Below, in pieces: positions 24,649 to 33,134 of a stretch of 46,379 bases of DNA. Source of the DNA: a virus (lineage: Duplodnaviria; Caudoviricetes); IMG/VR virus record IMGVR_UViG_3300017963_000371, positions 1 through 46,379 of that record; one strand, written 5' to 3'. A program made the position numbers and the translations under genes. Numbering within the stretch: position 1 is the first letter of the stretch; every line of letters starts with the position of its first letter. The notes beneath the pieces were generated by a model. It had not been told where the DNA came from, made no database searches, and saw only the letters and a program-made list of their open reading frames with translations.

Positions 24649-25479
24649 ATGGGAGGAGATGGTGGAGGCGAACAGACTATCCGTTATGCTGCCTACATAG
24701 AGTCCTCTCATGGGAGGGCTCTTCCACAAGTAGAAGCTGCTGTTGCTGCTGCTATTGGAAACAATCCTTTTGATCAAGTGACTAGCGTAGATCTTGACGC
24801 TGGTTTCTTTTCTGATGGCTATGATTTATCTAGCTTTCCTAGTCTTTGGGGTATGTTTGGTAAGTTCATGGCTGGAATTAATGTTCATTTGCTTTGGCAG
24901 CAGACTTATAATGGAATCTTAGCTAGTCCAGAAATCAATCAGGCAATCAGTGGACAGGCGGCTTATTTAGATGATGACATTGATACTAATATCTATCCTA
25001 GGTTTCATAGTGGGATGAGGAATATCAATGCTGTTCAAAGTAGTGCTTTTGCTGCTGGCAGAGCTTTGATTGAGGATACTAGAATAAAAGCTATTAATAA
25101 GTTTTCTAGTGAGCTGCATATTAAGGCTCTTGATATGAGTGCTAATATGTGGGCTCAGCATCTTAAGTGGAATGAAAGTGTTATTATGACACTTGCTCAG
25201 ATGCAGAAACTTTACATAGCCGCAAGAATAGACTGGGATGCGCACAAGATGAATTATGGAATGAAGTATTCCTTATGGCATCTTAATCTGTTTGAATACT
25301 GGAGAGCTATTCTTGGTGCGTTAAATGGCGCCGCTGCTACTACTGAGCAAGGAGAGGCTAGTCAGACTAGCAAAGCACTTAGTGGTGCTATGGGTGGCGC
25401 TGCGTTGGGAGCAAGCGTTGGTGGTGGCTATGGCGCAGTTGTGGGTGGAGTCATTGGGCTTGCTGCAAGTTTTTTATAA
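24649..25479 (+). CDS. Internal virion / DNA ejection protein
   Basis: MGG start, helical, C-terminal glycine zipper GAMGGAALGASVGGGYGAVVGGVIGL. Confidence 0.65.
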   Translation: MGGDGGGEQTIRYAAYIESSHGRALPQVEAAVAAAIGNNPFDQVTSVDLDAGFFSDGYDLSSFPSLWGMFGKFMAGINVHLLWQQTYNGILASPEINQAISGQAAYLDDDIDTNIYPRFHSGMRNINAVQSSAFAAGRALIEDTRIKAINKFSSELHIKALDMSANMWAQHLKWNESVIMTLAQMQKLYIAARIDWDAHKMNYGMKYSLWHLNLFEYWRAILGALNGAAATTEQGEASQTSKALSGAMGGAALGASVGGGYGAVVGGVIGLAASFL

Positions 25480-25489
25480 GGAGAGATAA

Positions 25490-25897
25490 ATGGCTAATGG
25501 TACTATAGATCCGATGCTTATTAAACTTTTAGGAGCCGGAGCACAGATGGTAGCTCCTGATAGCATAGGGGCAAAAATGGGCAGCATGGCTGTACAGCAG
25601 AATGAATCAAATGTTTTGGCTGATAAGCAATCTGAAGACGCGGCTAGAAGGCAAGCAGTGTTGGAGCAGTTGGGAGGCTTAACTGGAGAAGGTGTTCAGA
25701 CTACTGGTGTTAAGATAGGGCCAAAAGGAGAACTCACTGTAACAGGCACACTGGCTCCTACTGAAGCAGATCCAGGAGCAGAAAATGCTGTGCAGACTGC
25801 TCCACAAGAATTGCAAAACACAACTCAGGGAGGCGGGCAAAACTCCACTAGCCCTTTCTATCAGATGCTTTGGGGTCAGGATCGCAAGCGTCTTTAA
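25490..25897 (+). CDS. Internal virion / ejection protein (0-frame product)
   Basis: AAGGAG RBS; Gln/Ala/Gly-rich. Confidence 0.7.
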   Translation: MANGTIDPMLIKLLGAGAQMVAPDSIGAKMGSMAVQQNESNVLADKQSEDAARRQAVLEQLGGLTGEGVQTTGVKIGPKGELTVTGTLAPTEADPGAENAVQTAPQELQNTTQGGGQNSTSPFYQMLWGQDRKRL

Positions 25898-25915
25898 GAG
25901 CCTTGACCCCAGAGC
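25852..25915 (+). promoter_or_regulatory. Predicted -1 programmed ribosomal frameshift signal
   Basis: C CCT TTC heptamer (25852-25858) in the frame of 25490..25897, 8-nt spacer, 14-bp stem GCTTTGGGGTCAGG/CTTGACCCCAGAGC. Confidence 0.75.
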
Positions 25916-26580
25916 AATTAACACAGATCAGTGCTAAAGATGCACAAGAGTTTCAAATGGTTCTAAATGCCTTACAAAAGAAGCAGCAGTTTGGTTTACA
26001 GAGTAGGCAGCTTGGTTTAGCCGAAAGGAGGCAAACTTTTGCGGAGAATCAATGGGCAGAGAAAATGATTGATACCAAGAGAAGTCGCGCTGCTATTGAT
26101 CGAATGCAGAATTTTACTCTGGCTAATATTGATCAAGCTAAAGCTGGGGACTTAGCTCTTATTGATAAGACTAATATTGGCAGATTGCTTACTCTGAATG
26201 CTAGAATTCAAGAAGGTAAGAAGCCTAAGAGTAAAGGTAAAGACTTGGAACTCATTGCAGCTATGCGAGAGCAGGTCGGCCCTGAAGGTGATATTACCGA
26301 AAGCCAGTTGTTCCAAGACATTAGTATTGTAAAAGGCATAGGAAAAGCTAAGCCGAGAGGCAAGAAAGGTACTGATGTCATTCAGATGCGAGCTAAGATA
26401 GCTAACACTTTAGCAGGGAATGTAGCTGTTCGCTGGGATACGCTGTCTGTGGAGCAGCGAAACAAGCTTGTAGATGAACAGATGGATATTATAACTGGCG
26501 CAGAGAAGACCAAAGAAGTTAAGCTTGGTAATGTTGATACACTGTGGGAAGAGTATCAAAAGGAGAAGAATAAGAAATGA
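25870..26580 (+). CDS. Ejection protein C-terminal extension (-1 frame)
   Basis: Frame is open from 25852; only a TTG start inside the hairpin with no RBS; probably translated via frameshift. Confidence 0.7.
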   Translation: MGSGSQASLRALTPEQLTQISAKDAQEFQMVLNALQKKQQFGLQSRQLGLAERRQTFAENQWAEKMIDTKRSRAAIDRMQNFTLANIDQAKAGDLALIDKTNIGRLLTLNARIQEGKKPKSKGKDLELIAAMREQVGPEGDITESQLFQDISIVKGIGKAKPRGKKGTDVIQMRAKIANTLAGNVAVRWDTLSVEQRNKLVDEQMDIITGAEKTKEVKLGNVDTLWEEYQKEKNKK

Positions 26581-29500
26581 CCTATTGGGAAGAATTCTCT
26601 GAGGTTGAGGGCTTTGTGTCCTCAACTCCAGAAGAGCAAGAAGAGTTTGGTAAGTTCTATGCCAAAAAGCTTGCTGCTTCTAAGCCTGAATATCAGGCAG
26701 ATCCAGAGTTCGCAGGGTTTGTGGAGACTAAGATTCTTGAAGAAATCAGAGCTAATCAAGCGTCTCCTGAAGTTGGAACAGGAGCAGAAAATGAAACTAA
26801 TGAGCCTGGAATAATTGAAAAAGTTCTTGGACCTAGAATAACTGAAGAACTCAAGGCAGCAGATCCAAGGAAAGCTTATCAAAAGTTCAAGTCTCAAACT
26901 ATGAGTGAGAATCTTGGACAGCTTGGGCAAAGTACTCTTGATGTGTTGAAACACACTGCTGGCATTCCAGCAAGGGCATTGACTGGATTGGCTCAAGTTC
27001 CACACTTTATGGCAGCTAGGGCTATGGAAGCTGCCGGAATGGAAGACACCAGTGCCTATAAGTGGGTTCAGGCTAGCTATGATAGCTTAGCTAAGCAAAA
27101 GGAATCCATGAAGGTTTACAGAGGCATTATGTCAGAGATGGAGCCAGATGTGTTGTTTGCCGGTGCTGCTGGTGGTGGTATTGGTTTTGGTATGCGAACT
27201 TTAAGCCTGAAGAGTTTGAACACTGCTGCGGCAGTAGCTAAGACTCCTGGCTATTCTGCTCTTGATGCAGCTATAACGAATGCTGCAACTACAGTTGCAG
27301 GTGAAATAGCTGTTGTCCAGCCAGCCATTCAGATTAGTGAGCATCATATTACTAACAGCGGATACACGGAAACTACGAAGAATACACTTAGAACAGTGCT
27401 TCCGATTATGTTCGGCTTAGCTAGTGGTATGACTTATGAGAGATACTTGGATAGGGCATTAAGGAATCCTTTGGTAGTGGATGATATAATGAAAAGTGTA
27501 GCCAAAGGAGCTACACCAGAGGAGACAGCAGGTAGTGCACATAAGCTGATTCAACCGCCAAAGCCTATTGAGATTTTAGCTAAGAAAACAAACGACAGAC
27601 TTCCTGTTGAAAGTGGAAAGAACTTTGGGTCAGGCAAAGAAATTCAGAGCGGTTTCCAGCCAAAAGTGAAGAAGGCTATAGTTGAAAAGCCTGCCACTAC
27701 CAATGATATTTATATTGCCACTAAGGGTGCAACTCCTGAAGGGTTGACTGAGGTTGGAAGAACCACAGCTATTAATGATGCTTTTGTGAATCCTAAGTTC
27801 GCTAAGGAGAAAGCTGAGCAGTTTATTAAGAAGCATGATCTTAGTGCTACCCATAAGCCAAGAACATGGAAAAAGCATCTTGCTATTATTGAAGAAGCTG
27901 ATGCAACTATTAGTAGGAGACTCGCTAAGTTAAATGCACTTAATGATCCAGACGTTGATGAGATGGCTAGGCAAGCTCTTACAGGCCGGACAGTGATTGA
28001 TCCTGCTGCGGTAAGAAAAAGTCTAGAGCCTGTCACTAAGCAAGAGATGCTCCCTGGAGATACTAGGCAAGCTATTGAGGCGCAGAATAGGATTGCTGAT
28101 ATTGTAGAACAAGCTGCATTAGAGGAAACTCCACAAGCAGGAATGCAAACCTTCATCAAAAATCTTCAACAGGCAGTCAGTGATGGAAAGCTCCTGGCTA
28201 AGGATGTACAGCAGGCCACTACGCTAGGAAAAGATACCTTTCAGAGCTGGCTGTTTAAACCGAATAGAGATGAGATCTTAGCTACACTTGACAAGATAGG
28301 CGTAACAGGAAGAAACACTGATGAGCTTGGAAGAATAGTAACCGCACATCTTGGAAATCAGGCTGGCTATATTGATTCTGCTTTTCTTCGTGGAACTATG
28401 TTTCATGGTGTCCCACTTATGACTGGCTGGGATGAAGAGGATGGAGAGATATTTTGGAACCCAGAGAAATATCTAAAGTGGGGTGCATCATTTAATGCTG
28501 TTCTTGGTGGTGGTGCCATTTATCGAAGAATGAAAGGTGGCAAAAGAGTTAGAATAGTAGGCAGTCAGGTAGCCAAAAAACTTTGGAAAGCTGTCGATGC
28601 CCCTATTTGGCGAGGGTTAGGACAGCCACTACACAAATTTCGCCTCACAGAAGGAATGGCTCCAGAGGTGGCTGAGATTCCTAGAGTTTTTAAAAAAGCC
28701 ACTGCTGCTAAGATGCGAGAGTGGGGAGAGTTTACTGATAGGTTGACTAAAGAATTCTCTGCTGATGAGCGTAATATGATGAGTGATTTCATAGAGCGCG
28801 AAGGCGACTGGCAGAATATACCGAAAGTTCTTCAAGAGCAAGCGGCTTTAGTACAAAATGCTATGCGAGAGATCCGAGTCCAATTGGAGGATGCTGGTTT
28901 TGATCCTGCACTTTTTGCTAAGCACGGTGACCAGTGGATGCACAGAGTTTATGTTCCAAGAATTAGTCAACGACTAAGAAACTTAAAAAGAAGTGCTACC
29001 TTTAAAAGCATTCAAGCTAATTGGGCTAAAAGAAGAGGTAAGAGTGTTAGTCTTGACAGGGAGCTGAAAAAGATAGGACTAGAAGCTGATAGGTTTCAGG
29101 AGGGAGACAAGGTTTATCAGGGATTGGATGCTAACGGTAGAAAGCTTTGGGCTCACGAAAGGCAAGCGGATAGAATAAGAGAACTTAGAGCTACTGGTCC
29201 TGTGAAGGAATGGGAGGTTATTAGAAGCCCTAAAGGAAAACAGGTTACTGTTAATAGGGATTATACTAAAGCCGAAAGACAAGCTATGGGTGAGAGTAGA
29301 GATCTAGCTTTACGTCTTGGGATGTTTTTTAGGGAAGCTAGTCAGGATATATCCCTTGGAAAGATGTATAGCGATCTTAGTGAAGATAGTAGGTTTGTTT
29401 TCAAGAAGCCTGATGATGTTAGTGCTAAGATCTTCAACAAAGAGATGAGAGAAGCTGGAAAGGTTAAGCTTCCAGACTCTTACACTACTAGTGGTATTGC

Positions 29501-31043
29501 TCGATATGGAAAACTAAATGGGCAATGGGTTGATCCTGATATAGCTAAGCAGCTCAAGAGAATGACTAGTAAGAGGTTTGAGAAACAGTGGGCAGAAACG
29601 GCGACTAAGATCTATCAAAGAGGATTTATGCTTCCTTGGAAGATTGCTAAAACTGCATACAATCCTGCCACACATACTCTTAATACGACTACTAATATTC
29701 TTATTTGCGGTTTGGATGGTAGAAATCCTGTGGATGTTATTGCAAGAGGAATCACTGCTCTAGCTAGTAAGAATGAAACCTTTCAATTAGCTATCAAGGC
29801 TGGACTGAAGGATTCCGGTATTCAAAGTGGTGAGTGGAATATCAAGGGTTTTGTTGATGCCACTAGTGGGCTTTCATCTGGAGGAGCTGACACTCCAAAG
29901 ATTTTGCAGGTACTTTACTCCACTATGAGTAAAGCTGGAAAAGGAGTGAAAGGGTTAGCTAAAGCACCTATGACTCTGTATGAGTGGGAAGATGAAGTCT
30001 TTAAACTTGGTGTTATCAGTCAGGAGTTAGCTAAAGGAAGGACTGCTGAGGAGGCTCTTGATATTGCTAACGGAAGATTCTTTGATTACTCTGATGTGCC
30101 TAGTGGAGTTGAATTTGTTAGGGATTGGGGCTTCATGCCTTTTATTAGTTACACTTATAAAATCATCCCGTTCTTAGCTAATGTAGCTGCTGATCATCCA
30201 GAGAGATTGATTGCGGCTACCTTAGCAATCAATGCTGCGAATAATGCTATGTACGAGTTGCAATACAAGGACAAAGCAGAAGGGCAGAAGGCATTAGAGA
30301 AAGATCTGAGACCAGAATGGCAGAAAGAAAAGCTGTTTGGTATAGGTCCAGATGCTCAAGTTAGGTTAGCTAATGATCCGAAGACAGGTCAAGCTAGATC
30401 AATTAGCGCAGGAAGGTTTATTCCGGGTGCTACCGTTTTCAGTGATAATGCACAGAGTTTTCCGTTTGGAATGAATCCAATAGTTAGTCTAGCTGTTGGT
30501 GGCTTTCTTAACAAGAACGCGGCTTTTGATCAGACAGTCATGAAGCATCAGCAACCACGGAATGACTTTCAAAAAGCTCAGAACTTTGATGGCATGGCTA
30601 AGTTTATCACGAATACTTTGTTGCCTAATATCCCTGGCATTCCTTACACTTATTCTACAGAGAGAATAGGGAATGCTTTAGTTGCTACCGGAGACATCAA
30701 TGAAAACAGTGGCCCTCTTTGGACCTATGCTCAGAAACGTGGCTGGACTGGGAAGGATTACGGTGGGCATGATCTTGACTTTAGTGACGAGGTTCTCAGT
30801 AGTTTAGGATTGAAAATCTCAAGAATGGATGTAGAACAAGAGGCAACTAAGAAGCTTGTGCATTTGTCTAAGTATGGAAGCAGAGCTAAGAGAGACTATA
30901 CTACTGCTTTGAGAAAGGACATTAAGACGCATAAGTCAACTAGAGAAAGAATGGATGCTCTGACTGATTCTTATGTTAAGCAAGTTACAGAAGGAGATAC
31001 TGAGTTGAAGAGATTTTTAGATCTGCTTGGAGGAGCTGATTGA
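26577..31043 (+). CDS. Large internal virion / DNA ejection protein
   Basis: 1488 aa, last gene of the structural operon; WKIAKTAYNPATH..N, FFDYSDVP, MPFISYTYK motifs typical of large podoviral core proteins. Confidence 0.75.
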   Translation: MTYWEEFSEVEGFVSSTPEEQEEFGKFYAKKLAASKPEYQADPEFAGFVETKILEEIRANQASPEVGTGAENETNEPGIIEKVLGPRITEELKAADPRKAYQKFKSQTMSENLGQLGQSTLDVLKHTAGIPARALTGLAQVPHFMAARAMEAAGMEDTSAYKWVQASYDSLAKQKESMKVYRGIMSEMEPDVLFAGAAGGGIGFGMRTLSLKSLNTAAAVAKTPGYSALDAAITNAATTVAGEIAVVQPAIQISEHHITNSGYTETTKNTLRTVLPIMFGLASGMTYERYLDRALRNPLVVDDIMKSVAKGATPEETAGSAHKLIQPPKPIEILAKKTNDRLPVESGKNFGSGKEIQSGFQPKVKKAIVEKPATTNDIYIATKGATPEGLTEVGRTTAINDAFVNPKFAKEKAEQFIKKHDLSATHKPRTWKKHLAIIEEADATISRRLAKLNALNDPDVDEMARQALTGRTVIDPAAVRKSLEPVTKQEMLPGDTRQAIEAQNRIADIVEQAALEETPQAGMQTFIKNLQQAVSDGKLLAKDVQQATTLGKDTFQSWLFKPNRDEILATLDKIGVTGRNTDELGRIVTAHLGNQAGYIDSAFLRGTMFHGVPLMTGWDEEDGEIFWNPEKYLKWGASFNAVLGGGAIYRRMKGGKRVRIVGSQVAKKLWKAVDAPIWRGLGQPLHKFRLTEGMAPEVAEIPRVFKKATAAKMREWGEFTDRLTKEFSADERNMMSDFIEREGDWQNIPKVLQEQAALVQNAMREIRVQLEDAGFDPALFAKHGDQWMHRVYVPRISQRLRNLKRSATFKSIQANWAKRRGKSVSLDRELKKIGLEADRFQEGDKVYQGLDANGRKLWAHERQADRIRELRATGPVKEWEVIRSPKGKQVTVNRDYTKAERQAMGESRDLALRLGMFFREASQDISLGKMYSDLSEDSRFVFKKPDDVSAKIFNKEMREAGKVKLPDSYTTSGIARYGKLNGQWVDPDIAKQLKRMTSKRFEKQWAETATKIYQRGFMLPWKIAKTAYNPATHTLNTTTNILICGLDGRNPVDVIARGITALASKNETFQLAIKAGLKDSGIQSGEWNIKGFVDATSGLSSGGADTPKILQVLYSTMSKAGKGVKGLAKAPMTLYEWEDEVFKLGVISQELAKGRTAEEALDIANGRFFDYSDVPSGVEFVRDWGFMPFISYTYKIIPFLANVAADHPERLIAATLAINAANNAMYELQYKDKAEGQKALEKDLRPEWQKEKLFGIGPDAQVRLANDPKTGQARSISAGRFIPGATVFSDNAQSFPFGMNPIVSLAVGGFLNKNAAFDQTVMKHQQPRNDFQKAQNFDGMAKFITNTLLPNIPGIPYTYSTERIGNALVATGDINENSGPLWTYAQKRGWTGKDYGGHDLDFSDEVLSSLGLKISRMDVEQEATKKLVHLSKYGSRAKRDYTTALRKDIKTHKSTRERMDALTDSYVKQVTEGDTELKRFLDLLGGAD

Positions 31044-31046
31044 TAG

Positions 31047-31080
31047 AAAGGGAGGGGGCATTGGCTCTCTCCCTTTTTTT
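31047..31080 (+). terminator. Rho-independent (probably bidirectional) terminator at the convergence point
   Basis: AAAGGGAGGGGGC-ATTG-GCTCTCTCCCTTTTTTT. Confidence 0.9.
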
Positions 31081-31096
31081 GTTTAGAGGCTCTGCG

Positions 31097-31279
31097 CTAG
31101 CCGGAAAACTCTTTGCATGTACCTACCTCTACAAACCAATCGCCATTTATCTCATAGCATACTCCTTTTTTCCTTGCTATACAATCGGAACGGCACTTGC
31201 TATCACTGTGAGGACAATAAGCACTATTTAATTCTTCTTCTTTGCAATAGATTGCATATTCTACCTGCTCTTTGTTCAT
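31097..31279 (-). CDS. Small Cys-rich hypothetical protein
   Basis: GAGG RBS, ATGA overlap. Confidence 0.55.
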   Translation of the reverse strand: MNKEQVEYAIYCKEEELNSAYCPHSDSKCRSDCIARKKGVCYEINGDWFVEVGTCKEFSG

Positions 31280-31653
31280 GTCATCCTCTCCAATAATCGC
31301 TTAGTTGTTTTTACTACTCCTGGATTCCCTTCAAGAAAAACCATCAAGGGCCGCATGGCTTTTAGTAAGTCTTGCAGAAGTAAATAACAGTCTTCTGGCT
31401 CTACTATTCTATTAGCTACCATCAGATCTTTTGCTATCTTCTCCCAGAAGATATGCTCTGGAGCCTTAAGTGGAAACTCTCGGCTGTCCTCAACATAGAA
31501 AGAGCAGTTAGTTGGACCTGCTCTTGTTTGTAGTAGAGTTTCCACTGAGTTTTCGTGTGATTTCTGACATAGTAGAAGATGAAGAAGATTAGTTAGTTTT
31601 TTCATACAAGAAATCGTAGTAATAGGGCAAATGCAATAGCAGTCAGCCAGCAA
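31276..31653 (-). CDS. Hypothetical protein (start uncertain)
   Basis: ORF in minus-strand operon. Confidence 0.45.
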   Translation of the reverse strand: MLADCYCICPITTISCMKKLTNLLHLLLCQKSHENSVETLLQTRAGPTNCSFYVEDSREFPLKAPEHIFWEKIAKDLMVANRIVEPEDCYLLLQDLLKAMRPLMVFLEGNPGVVKTTKRLLERMT

Positions 31654-31711
31654 ACAGATATTGTGATGATGGCAAACTCCAAGAAATCAAGGATAATACG
31701 TAGCACTTTTC

Positions 31712-31954
31712 TCATGTGAACCTCTTGCAGCTTGGTTTGTACACATTATAGACCGACACATGAACTGCTTTAAGGCCGCCATCTATTGGATCTTGAATCA
31801 CAGTTCTCTTAGTACGTTTTCTGACTTTAGGCAAGATATGTGCCATGCAGGCATCATTGCATGAATTATTGGGAAGAAAACAGCAATACCTAAACTTGTG
31901 CTTCATGCCCTCTAATGCTATTTCCGCCGCTTCTCTAGTCTCATACTCTTCCAT
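31712..31954 (-). CDS. Cys-containing hypothetical protein
   Basis: GGGAGG RBS before MEEYETRE at 31954. Confidence 0.55.
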   Translation of the reverse strand: MEEYETREAAEIALEGMKHKFRYCCFLPNNSCNDACMAHILPKVRKRTKRTVIQDPIDGGLKAVHVSVYNVYKPSCKRFT

Positions 31955-31955
31955 T

Positions 31956-33134
31956 CTACCCTCCCATATAACTAATCTTCGTGCTCTTTTCAAGAACATT
32001 TGAACTGAGCTTAAACATCTCATGCATTCCAACAGCAGTAACTACGCTCCTAATTTCTAGTTCAGTAGCGTCACGAAGAAAGGCTTCAACAAGCTCTCCG
32101 TATGTTACTGTCTTATGCTTTATAACATAATCCCTAAGCTCCTGAATCACTGGCATGAGATGATTTTTTCCTGATCCGCCTAAAGCCATAGGCATCTTTC
32201 GTTCAGTCACCTCCAAAATTTTTCTGGCTTTTTCAAAATCCACAGGCTTCAAAACAAGTTCATTACTCCTAGCTACACTGCATATCATAGCAAGCTTCAT
32301 GATATGTAACTGCCGCCTAGAGCAATATCCAGCAAAGCGTGGATCTGAAATAGGCAAATGATAATATTGATGATTATACCACTCAGCATAAAGATCAAAG
32401 AACTTACTAGTGTACTTAAACTGCCCTTCCAATTTATGAATGGTAGCTAGGTCTTCTTGTAGGTCTAATCCTATCTGTTGCTGTGCTTCTGTTGGTGCTG
32501 GAAAAGCGCAAGGTTTTCCCTTTTCTTCGTAGACAAAAATAATTCTACTGAGAAGTCCACCACCCTCTGCTTCTGGTGGAAGTGTATCGCGTAATAAGCT
32601 GGGTGTTATACCTCCAAGAATATTTAAATAAACTCCTTCAAGAACAGTCTCCTTTCGCATGATGCTTTTGTACGACCAGTATTCATAGCACTTATAGAGA
32701 TCGCAAAGTGCTCTTAGCATCTCTCTGTCATCTCTTAAGAAGACTACGAACTCATCACAAAAAGCAGATACAGCAGCTTGCTTTTTATAGCCTTTCTCTC
32801 CTGCTTCTATCTCTTGTGCTTCTCTTAACACTTCTATAAGAGCTTGTGGTGACGCAAGTGCCTGTGGAGCTAATGTGATTCCAAGAGCATGTAAGAGATC
32901 ATAACCGAGATCAATAGCTGTGCCTTTTCTAGCTTGGCCTGCTGGACCTACTAGAGCAATATAAAAATTTGGGTACCAAGTTAGATGTGCTCCCCAGGAA
33001 AGCCAAACCTTACGTTGAAGAGCTCCAGCTATAGTTGCTACTGCTGTCCATAACTTGAAGTTGTAAGGAGGCTCTGTATTTTCCGTGTACTCAAGAAAAC
33101 CATCTAACCAGTTTTCTAATCTACGCTCCATCAC
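31956..33134 (-). CDS. DUF3987/YfjI-like P-loop ATPase, putative replicative helicase
   Basis: YPNFYIALVGPAGQARKGTA (Walker A), FCDEF (Walker B), LNILGGITP, GGLLSRIIFV; adjacent to polA. Confidence 0.8.
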   Translation of the reverse strand: MMERRLENWLDGFLEYTENTEPPYNFKLWTAVATIAGALQRKVWLSWGAHLTWYPNFYIALVGPAGQARKGTAIDLGYDLLHALGITLAPQALASPQALIEVLREAQEIEAGEKGYKKQAAVSAFCDEFVVFLRDDREMLRALCDLYKCYEYWSYKSIMRKETVLEGVYLNILGGITPSLLRDTLPPEAEGGGLLSRIIFVYEEKGKPCAFPAPTEAQQQIGLDLQEDLATIHKLEGQFKYTSKFFDLYAEWYNHQYYHLPISDPRFAGYCSRRQLHIMKLAMICSVARSNELVLKPVDFEKARKILEVTERKMPMALGGSGKNHLMPVIQELRDYVIKHKTVTYGELVEAFLRDATELEIRSVVTAVGMHEMFKLSSNVLEKSTKISYMGG

